Source: Desulfosudaceae bacterium
GTDB taxonomy: Bacteria; Desulfobacterota; Desulfobacteria; Desulfobacterales; Desulfosudaceae
Direction: 5' to 3'
Assembly (NCBI GenBank): GCA_963674745.2
Contig: CAXXDV010000001.1
Location: 2,432,001 to 2,496,000, forward strand
Length of the DNA: 64,000 bases
How positions within the stretch are numbered: position 1 is the stretch's first letter; each line of letters opens with the position of its first letter. Shown here in pieces: positions 38,518 through 48,819 of this stretch. Made by a program: the position numbers and the translations under genes. The notes under the pieces were generated by a model. The model worked only from the letters and a program-made list of their open reading frames with translations, ran no database searches and was not told where the DNA came from.

Positions 38518-39159
38518 CCGCATTCCTCCCGGTCGGTTAATTGTTTTTGACACGCTGTCTATTGCCGGACATTAATGCGCAGGGAAACGGCACGGGTACC
38601 CCGGGCAAACGACAATGAATGTACGACGGTGGTTTATTCTGTCTGTTGAATACAATGGAATTTTTAGGCACTGAAAGCTTCCTGGTCACGTTCGGGCCAG
38701 CTATACGATCTTACATTGTCCTGAGTAAAATCGTCCCCCTCTTCAGCATTCCCGATTTAATACTTGTCATGGGATGTTTTTGTCAACATTAAATTTTTAA
38801 GGTCTTAAGGGCCAACGGACCGTCCTGCGTCTGCAGCCTGTGATAAAATATTATGCAGAACTTTTATGCCTGCGTCAAGCTTTTCATACCATTTTTATAT
38901 AGAATATAGAATTTCTTGTTTTATTACAGTGAGTTGTACGGTTTTGTGGGGGCATTCTCGAATCCGTCATACGCCTTTTTTTTATTTTTCAGGGAAAAAA
39001 TTATTCAATCGTGAGGGGTTCGGCTCTGGAACGGGATTCTTTGTGCCTGGTGGATTTAACCGTGCTTGTATAGTTTATATGTTATCCGGCAGCAAAAGGG
39101 CAGCAGCGGCGTCATTAGCGTTTTGAACATCAGTGCCCTTTGAGCGTATCTGATCTCAC

Positions 39160-40038
39160 TTATCTGAGTTTGGCGGCATTCAGATATTCAGGAAGTTTGT
39201 CTTCACCGCCGATGGTAATGATATGCACTCCCTGGCAGAGGTCCTTGAGCCCCTTAACGGTCTCGGCAAACAGCTCTATGCTGGCCTTGGTCTTGTCCGG
39301 GGATTTGAGCAGTTTCTGAATGACCCAGTCCGGTACCAGGCCGGACCTGAAATGCCGGTTTAAAAACTTTCCCATGCCAGCTGTTTTTAATATCATCACT
39401 TCAGCGATGACCGGCACCTTGAATGTATTGACCTGCTTCATGAACCGGTCAAACTGGTCCAGGTCAAAGATCGGAGTGGTCAAAAAATATCCGGCGCCGA
39501 CATTCATCATATCTTCCATCTCTTCCATGCCGCGCTTGGGGACATTTTTACCCCAGGGCGTTTCCACGCCTGAGCCCAGCACAAAGTCGATCTTGTTTTG
39601 CAGCTCTTTGCCGTCTATGGTATGTCCGGCTTTAAGGTGTTCCAGGACGGAGGCCAGTTTTCCCGAATCCACATGGAAAAACATGTCCTCCTGAAGGCTG
39701 TCTCCGGAGATACGATAGTCTTCGGTAAAAACCAGCAGATTTTCCACACCCGCTTCACTGGCCTGGGTCAGGTCTTTTTGAAGCTGGAGTCGGTTCTTGT
39801 CCCGGGTGGTGGTCTGGTAAATCGCGTTAAAACGGTTCTGTTTCAAAAGATCGCACGTCTTAATCGTGTCTCCGACAATGCCTTCCAGCTCAATTTCGGA
39901 CACGGACACGCCGTCGATACGGCCTCTGATTTTCTTAAGATTCTCGATAAGTGTTTCCGGACTGTCTTCACCAAGAGGCGCCTGAACTTCAGAAGTAACG
40001 ACGAATTGGTTTTTTTTCAGCGAATCCCGTAAATCCAT
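39160..40038 (-). CDS. MetF/MTHFR-family protein, divergent paralog 3
   Basis: VTSEV, TRDKNRLQLQ, GVENLL, GVHII; SD GGAGG. Confidence 0.82.
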   Translation of the reverse strand: MDLRDSLKKNQFVVTSEVQAPLGEDSPETLIENLKKIRGRIDGVSVSEIELEGIVGDTIKTCDLLKQNRFNAIYQTTTRDKNRLQLQKDLTQASEAGVENLLVFTEDYRISGDSLQEDMFFHVDSGKLASVLEHLKAGHTIDGKELQNKIDFVLGSGVETPWGKNVPKRGMEEMEDMMNVGAGYFLTTPIFDLDQFDRFMKQVNTFKVPVIAEVMILKTAGMGKFLNRHFRSGLVPDWVIQKLLKSPDKTKASIELFAETVKGLKDLCQGVHIITIGGEDKLPEYLNAAKLR

Positions 40039-40047
40039 AACAGCCTC

Positions 40048-40623
40048 CTATCCTTTCATTCCCAGCAATTTGGCCACTTCTTCCTTCAACTTCGCCAGGG
40101 GTAACGGTTTGGAAAAACAGACGTCCGCGCCATTTTCCTCCATCTGTTTGAATTTTTCTTCATCAAGGTAGGCGGAGAGGACAATGATTTTGATGTGCTT
40201 GGTGTCATCACTTTCCTTGATTTTTTTGCACACTTCGTAACCTTTGATGTCCGGCATCATGATGTCGAGGATCAGCAGGTCGGGGTTGAAGTGATTGATC
40301 TGCAGGCCCGCCTCAAAGCCATCGGCCGCCGATATGACCTCATAATTGTATTCGTCCTCCTCCAGTGCCTGAACGATTGATTCGACGATGATCAGGTCAT
40401 CGTCCACTACAAGGATCTTCTTGTGATTTCGTATCTCCTCTTTTTCAGGAATAGGAATGCCCTGGTTCTTCATAAAGCTTTCCAGATCATCCTTTTTGAT
40501 GCGCCGGTGCCCCCCAATGGTCCGGTAGGCTTTGATATGCCCGGCATCGACCCAGTTGATAATGGTTTTGGGCGAAACATTGCAGTATTTGCTGGCGGTG
40601 AATACAGTCAACGTATCTTCCAT
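40048..40623 (-). CDS. excisionase-type HTH plus receiver domain regulator
   Basis: LTVFTASKYCNVSPKTIINWVDAGHIKAYRTIGGHRRI; ILVVDDD, LDIMMP, SKP. Confidence 0.9.
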   Translation of the reverse strand: MEDTLTVFTASKYCNVSPKTIINWVDAGHIKAYRTIGGHRRIKKDDLESFMKNQGIPIPEKEEIRNHKKILVVDDDLIIVESIVQALEEDEYNYEVISAADGFEAGLQINHFNPDLLILDIMMPDIKGYEVCKKIKESDDTKHIKIIVLSAYLDEEKFKQMEENGADVCFSKPLPLAKLKEEVAKLLGMKG

Positions 40624-40668
40624 GGCCTCTCTCCCTCTTAGTTAACGATTGCCGTCTTTGAAACTTTA

Positions 40669-40750
40669 TTTATTATAGTTATTATAGTATTTACAGGAAT
40701 AAAAAATGTCAATAAAAAAAATAATAACTATAATAACTATAATAACTATA
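40669..40750 (-). promoter_or_regulatory. sigma70 promoter flanked by 9-bp tandem repeats
   Basis: Minus strand: (TATAGTTAT)x3, TTGACA (40712-40707), 17 nt, TACTAT, with inverted copies of the 9-mer overlapping -10/+1. Confidence 0.75.
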
Positions 40751-40889
40751 CCTGGCGGAGCGACAAATTTTTCTGATAATCATTTGAAACTAAAGGAATA
40801 TGGCCAAAATCTTCACGCCTTACCGAATATTTCATGATATATCGGGCCAGAGTGAAACGGGAGAACCGCGGCTAGAACAATATGAGTGA

Positions 40890-42719
40890 TCAGGCGTTTT
40901 TACTGCAAGGCAAGGTAATGATAAACGTGGCCCCTTCGCCCGGTTTGCTGACCACTTGTATATCACCGTCGTGGTCTTTAATAAAACCGTAACAAACCGA
41001 TAAGCCCAGCCCGACGCCTTTGACGCTGTCTTTTTTGGTGGTAAAAAAAGAGTCAAAGATTTTTTCAATATACTCTTGTTTAATGCCCGGGCCGGTATCG
41101 GAAATGGTAATAACCAGACTACCGCTTTTGGGGGCCGTTGAAACCGTCAATGTTCCGCCATCGGGCATAGCATCCATGGCATTGGAAAAGATATTGATAA
41201 AGACCTGGCGGAGCTGATCTCTTGAGGCATAAACCTCTCCAGGCGCCTCAACAAACGCGGATTTGACTTTAATGCTGTTCTCTTTAAACCGCTTTTCATA
41301 AAAGAGAAGGAGTTCCTCAAGAACCGTGTTGATATTCAGGTTGGCTTTCTTGACCTCATCCGGCGTTGAAAACGAGAGCATCTTCTTGAGCATATCCGCC
41401 AGTCGCTCAACTTCTGAAAGTGACATGTCCAGCAGTTTTCGTCGCTTGTTGGTCGGGGGGATTTCGGTTTTTAACAACTCCAGTGTATTCATAATCCCGT
41501 AAAGGGGATTGTTGAGTTCATGGGCGATTTGAGACGTCAGGCGACCCATGGCGGCCAGTTTTTCAGAATGGAGTAATTGCTGGCGGGTCTGGCTGAGCGT
41601 GCGTTCAATTGTCAACCAATCACCGAGATCAACAAAAATACCCACCGTAGCAATCTCTTGTCCCTGTTCATCATATATTATTCCGGCTGATAAATTGCCC
41701 TCAATTTCCTCTCCGTTTTTGCTCTTCACAAGCAGCGGATATGATTTCAACACGCCTTTCCCGCCATAATCATCACTTCTTAACATTTTCATTACGGTGC
41801 GGGCCATACCCTTGGGGTAAACCTCTTCAACACTCATCTGCCCCACGACGTTTTCGGCTTTATATCCCAGAATCTTCTCCGCCCCGTTATTCCAGATAAT
41901 CAGTCCGCCTTTCAGGTTGGCCGCCATAATGGCGTTGGGCGAACATTGAATGGTCTTATCTAAAAAATCGAGCGCTTCTTTCATGATGTTTTCCATTTTT
42001 TTCCGCTCTGACTGATCGACGACGATCCCTTCATACCCGACAATGTTTCCTTCAGCGTCATAGCGGACATTACTGGTTAAAAGCACCTGGATAGTCGTGC
42101 CGTCTTTTTTCTTCCATTCAATTTCGTAGTCAACAACACTGCCTTTTTTTTCCACAATTTTCTGGTATTCTTTTCTGTCCTCAGGCTTAAGGTAAATATC
42201 TTTGGCAAGGTCCAAAGCCAGAAAAGCGTCTTTTTCATCATACCCCATCATCCTTAACAAGGCCGGGTTTACATCCAGAAATCTTCCTTCTTTACTGCTG
42301 ATGAAAACACCGCATCCGGCATGCTCGAATAATCGTTTATAATTTTCTTCCGACGATTTTAAACGTGCTTCCTGCTTTTTACTGTCTGTAATATCCCTGT
42401 AAATAGACAGTTTGGACATGGAACCGTCCTTATTGGAAACGGGCAGTTCCACTAAATGAAAGGTTCTGTCAACCTTGGGGACATAGATCTCACTGTCGTT
42501 TTCAACCCCGGTCTTCAGGATTTGTTCATACTTACACCAGGGGCAAACGTCATTTCGGTCATTCAGTACCTTAAAACATTTTTCTCCCACGCCTACCCCG
42601 AACAACTGGATCATGGCCTTGTTCATGTATTCAACAATATAGTCTTCGCCAACAATATAGATACCATCTTCAAGGGCATCCATGGCATCAATCAACCGGT
42701 TCATGCTGTGTGCGGCCAT
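40890..42719 (-). CDS. multi-PAS sensor histidine kinase
   Basis: Three PAS-like domains; AHELNNPL, NAMDAM, DTGPG, GVGLGL; start ATG 42719 behind GGAGGA. Confidence 0.92.
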   Translation of the reverse strand: MAAHSMNRLIDAMDALEDGIYIVGEDYIVEYMNKAMIQLFGVGVGEKCFKVLNDRNDVCPWCKYEQILKTGVENDSEIYVPKVDRTFHLVELPVSNKDGSMSKLSIYRDITDSKKQEARLKSSEENYKRLFEHAGCGVFISSKEGRFLDVNPALLRMMGYDEKDAFLALDLAKDIYLKPEDRKEYQKIVEKKGSVVDYEIEWKKKDGTTIQVLLTSNVRYDAEGNIVGYEGIVVDQSERKKMENIMKEALDFLDKTIQCSPNAIMAANLKGGLIIWNNGAEKILGYKAENVVGQMSVEEVYPKGMARTVMKMLRSDDYGGKGVLKSYPLLVKSKNGEEIEGNLSAGIIYDEQGQEIATVGIFVDLGDWLTIERTLSQTRQQLLHSEKLAAMGRLTSQIAHELNNPLYGIMNTLELLKTEIPPTNKRRKLLDMSLSEVERLADMLKKMLSFSTPDEVKKANLNINTVLEELLLFYEKRFKENSIKVKSAFVEAPGEVYASRDQLRQVFINIFSNAMDAMPDGGTLTVSTAPKSGSLVITISDTGPGIKQEYIEKIFDSFFTTKKDSVKGVGLGLSVCYGFIKDHDGDIQVVSKPGEGATFIITLPCSKNA

Positions 42720-42969
42720 GAAACAGTCCTCCATAATTGAATTTAAAATGAAATTGGTGATTAAAGAAATAGGGCGCCCGTGAGCAATTTGTCAAGGGGC
42801 TTCAGCCACATTTATTCGTATCGCCGGACGCCCGGGCAGCCGGCAGGCAAAACACCATCATGTTTTTTGCCTTTTGATCGGCAAAGGGTCGGTGCGAAGA
42901 TACCTGCGGCTGTCTGGGCCCGGCTTCTTGGCCCCCAGGAGCATGTGTATGGCTATGCATGGGTATTGT

Positions 42970-43629
42970 TCAGGATTTGCCTTTGGCCAGGGTTGCCGTC
43001 AGGTCGGACAAGGATTGCTGTAACAATACGGCATCCTTCGTCTGTGAATAGGCGCCGGTAATTCTCAGCAGTTGTTCGGTAATGGTATCGACCTCAAAAT
43101 CATATTGTTCTTCAGGCGCTGATGCCGGCGCTTTGGCGTCTTTAAACAGATCCGTCCGGGATTGTCGTATGGCATCCACCATCTGGTTAAATTCTTCAGA
43201 ATTATGAAGCTTGAATAAAAAATTCTGAAAGGCCAGGTCGTCTTCCAGGTGGAAACCCAGCTGGCTGGCCCGGCGATAAATTTTAACCACCGGCTGATTT
43301 TGCAAAACTGCGTCAAACAATAACAAAAAAACCAGTGGTTTTCGTCCCAGTCGGGAAAACACATATAGTGGCGCACTCCCCCTGGCATAAACCTTTTCGT
43401 AGAACATTTTGACGTCCGACAACTGGATCGCATCTCTTTGTACGGGAATGTTAATGTAGTTCAGCCCGAGTTCCCGGGCATGTTTTTTAACATAACCACC
43501 GAACAATTCTTCTTCGTCCCTTAAATCAATAAGGGTTTTGTAACCCAGTTCTTTTAGCTGCTTAAGATCGTCGAGGCCCGGAACCAGCCCGATGGTGATA
43601 CGTTCATTGAATTTTTTGGCGTTCTGCAT
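42970..43629 (-). CDS. DUF442/tyrosine-phosphatase-fold protein lacking the catalytic Cys
   Basis: LKELGYKTLIDLR, ARELGLNYINIPV, PLYVFSRLGRK in place of the Cx5R loop. Confidence 0.6.
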   Translation of the reverse strand: MQNAKKFNERITIGLVPGLDDLKQLKELGYKTLIDLRDEEELFGGYVKKHARELGLNYINIPVQRDAIQLSDVKMFYEKVYARGSAPLYVFSRLGRKPLVFLLLFDAVLQNQPVVKIYRRASQLGFHLEDDLAFQNFLFKLHNSEEFNQMVDAIRQSRTDLFKDAKAPASAPEEQYDFEVDTITEQLLRITGAYSQTKDAVLLQQSLSDLTATLAKGKS

Positions 43630-43747
43630 GATAGTTGCCTCCTGTAAAGTCGGGGAAATTATATCAGGCGACAACCGTAACTTATCTTAATTTATATCAA
43701 CACCTTTTAAGTGTGTCAATATTTTTTGGTGTTGTGTTTGATTTGTC

Positions 43748-43776
43748 TTGACAAGCGTTTTGGCCGGGTTTAATAT
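43748..43776 (+). promoter_or_regulatory. putative sigma70 promoter of the usp-HK-RR-hmc unit
   Basis: TTGACA-17 nt-TAATAT. Confidence 0.6.
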
Positions 43777-44031
43777 CATACTAAATTTGTATGAATTTAT
43801 CCGAGCGCAATTGTATGATTAGGCGGGCGAGGCCGGGAGAATCAAAGCATTACATTCAAAAAGGGTTTTTGATGCTGCCGGAACAGCCTGATCCGGGGGG
43901 AGGCAAAAAATACGCGGGCGAATCGCCCGATGCGTTTTGATAATAACCATCGAATTTTCATCTCATCTGTAAAGTCGCATCCGGGACCGGCGATGGTTTA
44001 ATTCCCGATTCTTATTTCTGGGAGCGTTGTT

Positions 44032-44517
44032 TTGGAATATCAGAACATTTTATTCTGCACAGATTATTCAGATGACGCGGAGTCCGCTTTTATTCATGCT
44101 CTGGACCAGGCCGTAAAGTATGGTGCCAAACTCCATTTCATCAATGTTATCCCCTCGGTCAATCCCTGTGGCCTCCATCTCCATGAATCAATGTCAAAGG
44201 AAGACAGTAGAAAAGAAAGCGATGCCCAGGATCAACGCCTGCGACTCGAAGAATTGGGCGCTTTGAAAAAGGCCTATGAGAATAAGTGTCAGGATGTGGT
44301 TGAACATACGTTTGAGATTAAAGTCGGCTCACCTGACGTGGAGATTATTAAATACGCCGATGAAAACAGGGTTGATTTGATTATCCTCGGCACCGCGGGA
44401 CGACATGAAAAGCGTCGTCTGACCTACACCAAGACGGCCGCCAATGTTTCGAAATACGCCAATTGCCAGATCATTACCATCGGCAGTCCGGAACGGGAAA
44501 CGTCGCCGGACGGTTGA
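44032..44517 (+). CDS. universal stress protein
   Basis: ILFCTDYS, VGSPDVEIIKYA, DLIILGTAG; TTG start. Confidence 0.88.
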   Translation: MEYQNILFCTDYSDDAESAFIHALDQAVKYGAKLHFINVIPSVNPCGLHLHESMSKEDSRKESDAQDQRLRLEELGALKKAYENKCQDVVEHTFEIKVGSPDVEIIKYADENRVDLIILGTAGRHEKRRLTYTKTAANVSKYANCQIITIGSPERETSPDG

Positions 44518-44539
44518 TGATGGCGGAAAAAGAGGCTCG

Positions 44540-45604
44540 ATGATGGACCTGTCACATAAAGATCGCCTGCAGGACCTGACCTTCAAGAGCATTATCGATG
44601 CCCTGCCCTGTTACCTGATGATTCAGAACAGGGATTTCCAAATCCTGTTCGCCAACCACAGTTTTTTAAAAGATTTCGGCGCTGATGCGCCCGGTAAAAC
44701 CTGCTACGCGGTCTTAAAGGGGGTTCAGCATAAATGCCAGGAATGCCCGGTAAAGGAAACGTTTAACGATAAGGGGTTTCATGTTTCCGAAGAGACCATC
44801 TATTTGAACGACGGCAGAATAATGGAAATGCTGGCCTTTTCTGCTCCCCTCTTTGACGTGGTCGGTAATGTCATGGCTTCCATCAAGCTGCTGGCTAATG
44901 TCGGGTCCATTAAAAGCATGCATCGGGAGCTGGTTGCCCTGGGGCAGTCCATTGCCTTTCTTTCCCATGATATCAAAAACATCCTTGAGAACCTGCATGG
45001 CGGCGTATATGTAGTGGATGAAGCCATCCAGGAAAAGGACTGGTCGCTTTCTCTTCAGGGATGGGATGTCGTCAAACGTAATATCACCGAAATTACCCGT
45101 ATTTCCCAGAACATTCTTTTCTCTGCCAAAGACCGGCAGCCCGTACTTCAGGATATTTCACCGGAAGAACTGGCCCGACAGGCCGGGCTGCTGTTTGCCG
45201 ACAAGGCTCAAAGTCAGGGCGTCCAATTGCTGCTTCAACTGAACCCGGATGTTCCCAACCAAAAAATGGACCCGGCGGGTATTTCACGAATGCTGAGCAA
45301 TCTTATCTGGAACGCCCTGCAAGCCTGCCAGAAAGATAAACAAAAGAAGCTGCACCAGGTGTTTGTGAGGCTTGATTTCTATGACAATTTTCATTTCATG
45401 TTTGAGATTGAAGACAATGCCGGCGGGATGGAAAGGCAAACGTATGACAATCTTTTCAAGGAAATTTTTTCCACTAAGGGGCATTCCGGCACCGGTCTCG
45501 GGCTGATGCTGGTAAGGCGTATCGTGAAAAATCACCACGGAAAAATCGAGGTACTGACCAAACCGGGCAGGGGCAGTCTTTTCCGTATTATTTTCAAGCT
45601 ATAA
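44540..45604 (+). CDS. PAS sensor histidine kinase
   Basis: Cys-motif PAS, SHDIKN, NALQA, DNAGG, GTGLGL. Confidence 0.88.
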   Translation: MMDLSHKDRLQDLTFKSIIDALPCYLMIQNRDFQILFANHSFLKDFGADAPGKTCYAVLKGVQHKCQECPVKETFNDKGFHVSEETIYLNDGRIMEMLAFSAPLFDVVGNVMASIKLLANVGSIKSMHRELVALGQSIAFLSHDIKNILENLHGGVYVVDEAIQEKDWSLSLQGWDVVKRNITEITRISQNILFSAKDRQPVLQDISPEELARQAGLLFADKAQSQGVQLLLQLNPDVPNQKMDPAGISRMLSNLIWNALQACQKDKQKKLHQVFVRLDFYDNFHFMFEIEDNAGGMERQTYDNLFKEIFSTKGHSGTGLGLMLVRRIVKNHHGKIEVLTKPGRGSLFRIIFKL

Positions 45605-45613
45605 GGAGGTGCC

Positions 45614-46018
45614 ATGGCCGAGAACAGCAGGAAAATACTGATTATCGATGATAATTCGGATTATCTCTTCACCATGGAGACGTTTTTGTCCAGAAACGGA
45701 TTTACGGTCGTCACCGCTGATGACGGTGAAAAAGGCCTGGAGCTGATCCGGAAGGAAAATCCGGACCTGGTTCTACTGGATGTGATGATGACGTCTCTTT
45801 ACTCGGGTTTTGAGGTCTGCCGGCAGATGAAGAACGACCCGAAGACGCGGGATATACCCATCATCGGTATTTCCGGCATGAAGGATGAGCTCGGTGTGCA
45901 GTTCGATTTGAATCGTGATGCCGAATATTTCAGCCCGAATACTTTTTTTGATAAACCGGTCGACAAACAGGCCCTGTTGAAATGCATTAATAACCTGCTG
46001 GCTGAATCAACACCATGA
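45614..46018 (+). CDS. single-domain response regulator
   Basis: ILIIDDN, LLDVMM, DKP. Confidence 0.9.
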   Translation: MAENSRKILIIDDNSDYLFTMETFLSRNGFTVVTADDGEKGLELIRKENPDLVLLDVMMTSLYSGFEVCRQMKNDPKTRDIPIIGISGMKDELGVQFDLNRDAEYFSPNTFFDKPVDKQALLKCINNLLAESTP

Positions 46019-46060
46019 GTCGAAAGCTTTTCTGTGTGACCAACAACCTGGGGAAAAAGA

Positions 46061-47683
46061 ATGCAAAAACCTAAACCATTTCATGTGATGTTTTTGACAG
46101 CGGTGATCGTTGTCGTTTTGTTGTTGTCCATATCCGGTCTGACGGTTGCCATGAGCGGCCGTCCGGGTGTCAAGCAGCGTCCGGACCTGCTGGTTATTGA
46201 TATCCCGCCGGTAGAAGGGCAGGACAAAATGGCCGGGGTCAGTTTTCTGCACGGGCCCCACAGTGAAGCGGTTAAACACGACTGTTCCGTCTGTCATATG
46301 ACGGATGATGTCGGGCCGGTATTCAAATTTAAACGTCTTTCCGATACGCAAGGGAAAGACCTCATGAATCTTTTTCATGAAGAATGCACGGCCTGCCATG
46401 TGGAGCGGAAAGAGCAGAAATTAAAAACCGGGCCCCAAGCCGGTGAATGCCGTGTCTGCCACAATACCCGGCCGATGTCGGAACCGGGGCAGCAGAAGGT
46501 GGCTTTTGACCGGTCGCTTCATTTCCGCCATGAAAAATCAGCTGATATCAAACCGGCCTCAAGGCAAGGTGAGGGCAATTGCAGCGTCTGTCATCATCAA
46601 TACAACCCCAAAACGCTGGATATTTACTATGAAAAAGGGCGCGAAGGCGCATGCACTTACTGCCACAAGGAAGCGCCGGTTGACAAAATCCGATCAATCC
46701 GCCGGGCCGCCCATGATTCCTGTGTGGCCTGTCACAGCAGACTGCTTAAAAAGCAGGTTGCGGCCGGTCCGGTAACCTGTGCGGCCTGTCATGACGTAAA
46801 TGCCTTTAAAGATATCGAGCCCCTCAAGGATGTGCCCCGCCTGGAAAGAAATCAACCGGAGGCGATATTTATCAGCGCCTGGGGTGCGATGAACCTGACC
46901 CCGGCCGAAACGGAAAATATCGAAAAACAGTACATGAACGTTGTGCCTTTTGATCACCGCTCCCATGAAGAGGCCGTTGTCTCCTGTAAAACCTGTCACC
47001 ATGAATCCCTGGATAAATGCGGCCGTTGCCATACGCCGGAAGGTTCGGAAAAGGGTGGTTATGTCCGGCTCGATCAGGCCATGCATGCGCAAGACAGCGA
47101 TCACAGCTGCCGGGGATGCCATGACAGGCAGAAAACAATGCGTCCGGACTGCGCGGGATGTCATTCTCTGATGGCGGAAAAACCCTTTGCTGATCAGGCT
47201 TGCGCTAAATGCCACGCTTCCGGCATACCGGCCGTGACACTGGCGAGCATGGAACCGGCGGATCAGAAGAAGATGGCCCGATCGGCGCTGAGCGGGCTTG
47301 CGGCCATGTTCAAGCCGGTGGTTGATGAGAAGATTCCGGACAAGGTGATCATTGATGCCATCGCCAAAGAATACGCGCCCAGCCAGTTCCCCCACCGGAA
47401 AATCGTCAAATCGATTATGGAAAGAATCGAGGGCAGTGAAATGGCCCGGGTATTCCATGGCGACGGTCGCACCCTCTGTATGGGATGCCATCATAACAGC
47501 CCCCTGTCTGATGAACCGCCCCGATGTGCCTCCTGCCACGGACAATCGACATTTACCAGGGATGGACGTCCCGGTTTAAAGGGCGCTTATCACGGTCAAT
47601 GTATTACCTGTCACCAGAAGATGAACATAAAGGCGGTGGCGGCCACTGACTGTACCAAATGTCATCAGGAAAAAAGCCCATGA
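46061..47683 (+). CDS. hmcA: high-molecular-weight 16-heme cytochrome c
   Basis: 16 CxxCH motifs counted; signal peptide; PGLKGAYH. Confidence 0.95.
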   Translation: MQKPKPFHVMFLTAVIVVVLLLSISGLTVAMSGRPGVKQRPDLLVIDIPPVEGQDKMAGVSFLHGPHSEAVKHDCSVCHMTDDVGPVFKFKRLSDTQGKDLMNLFHEECTACHVERKEQKLKTGPQAGECRVCHNTRPMSEPGQQKVAFDRSLHFRHEKSADIKPASRQGEGNCSVCHHQYNPKTLDIYYEKGREGACTYCHKEAPVDKIRSIRRAAHDSCVACHSRLLKKQVAAGPVTCAACHDVNAFKDIEPLKDVPRLERNQPEAIFISAWGAMNLTPAETENIEKQYMNVVPFDHRSHEEAVVSCKTCHHESLDKCGRCHTPEGSEKGGYVRLDQAMHAQDSDHSCRGCHDRQKTMRPDCAGCHSLMAEKPFADQACAKCHASGIPAVTLASMEPADQKKMARSALSGLAAMFKPVVDEKIPDKVIIDAIAKEYAPSQFPHRKIVKSIMERIEGSEMARVFHGDGRTLCMGCHHNSPLSDEPPRCASCHGQSTFTRDGRPGLKGAYHGQCITCHQKMNIKAVAATDCTKCHQEKSP

Positions 47684-47706
47684 AAAAGAAGGATGAAGGT
47701 GAGTTT

Positions 47707-48819
47707 ATGAAAATTTCCCGTAGAAAATTCCTGGGGTATCTGGGTGGCTTCTGTGCCGGAACGACATTGCCGGGTGTCGGAAGGGCTTATGGCGCTGCCA
47801 ATAAACATTTTTCCGGGTATCCGGGCAGCCTTGGTGTGCTTCATGATGTCTCAAAATGTATCGGCTGCCGCAGGTGTGAAGCCGCTTGTAATGAGGCCAA
47901 TGGAATGCCCGCCCCGGAAAAACCGTTTGACGATTTGTCGGTGCTTGAACAAGGCCGCAGAACCACTGCTGAGGCCTACACCGTGGTCAACCGGTTTCTT
48001 CCGGAAGGCAGGCCGCAAAAGCCGGTGTTTGTGAAAACCCAGTGCAATCACTGCCTGGAGCCCGCCTGTGCTTCGGCCTGTTTTGTCAAGGCCCTGAAAA
48101 AGGATAAATCCGGAGCGGTGGTGTATGATGAGTCCCTCTGCGTGGGATGCCGATACTGCATGATTGCCTGCCCGTTCAATATTCCGGCCTATGAATACAA
48201 TGACCCCCTGACGCCGGCCGTGACCAAGTGTACCATGTGTTTTACCACCCGGTTACAGCAGGGAAAGAAACCGGCCTGTGTGGAGGGCTGCCCTAAAGAA
48301 GCACTGATATTCGATGAAAGGGAAAAACTGGTCAAAGCCGCCTGGAAGACGATTTTCAAATATCCGGACCGTTATGTCAGCCATGTTTATGGTGAACACG
48401 AGATGGGCGGCACCAGCTGGCTGTATATTTCGCCGGTTGCTTTTTCGGAAATCGGTATGCGGGAAGACCTCGGCATCCAGTCGGCCGCCTCTTTTACCGC
48501 CGGCCCGTTAAGCGCGGTCCCTATTGTGGTCGGTTTGTGGCCGGTTCTCTTGACCGGTATATATGCCATTTCCAAACGAAAAGACAAAATCGCACAGCAG
48601 GAGCAGGCGGCCGCCGTTCAGACGACCGTGACGGATATGCAGGCGGAGATGGCCCGGCAGTTGGAGGCTCAGAAGGAAAAACTGGCCAGGGAAAAAGAAG
48701 CCGCCATCAGCTTTGAAGTCAAAAAAGCGCTGGAAGAGGCCGCACAGCAGACCGAGGAAACACCATCCGAAGATCCCGGGCAAACGCCATCAGAGGATCA
48801 GGACTTAAAGGAGGAATAG
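47707..48819 (+). CDS. hmcB: Hmc periplasmic Fe-S subunit
   Basis: Tat signal SRRKFL, four Cys clusters, GEHEMGGTSWLY, C-terminal TM. Confidence 0.92.
   Translation: MKISRRKFLGYLGGFCAGTTLPGVGRAYGAANKHFSGYPGSLGVLHDVSKCIGCRRCEAACNEANGMPAPEKPFDDLSVLEQGRRTTAEAYTVVNRFLPEGRPQKPVFVKTQCNHCLEPACASACFVKALKKDKSGAVVYDESLCVGCRYCMIACPFNIPAYEYNDPLTPAVTKCTMCFTTRLQQGKKPACVEGCPKEALIFDEREKLVKAAWKTIFKYPDRYVSHVYGEHEMGGTSWLYISPVAFSEIGMREDLGIQSAASFTAGPLSAVPIVVGLWPVLLTGIYAISKRKDKIAQQEQAAAVQTTVTDMQAEMARQLEAQKEKLAREKEAAISFEVKKALEEAAQQTEETPSEDPGQTPSEDQDLKEE

Noticed and set aside
38660..38750. Hammerhead ribozyme (CTGAAGA on the minus strand)
   Set aside because: No correctly placed stem II, GAAA and cleavage triplet
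38866..39126. 86-aa ORF between the metF-like genes
   Set aside because: Opposite strand, Phe-rich low-complexity translation of AT-rich intergenic DNA, no SD
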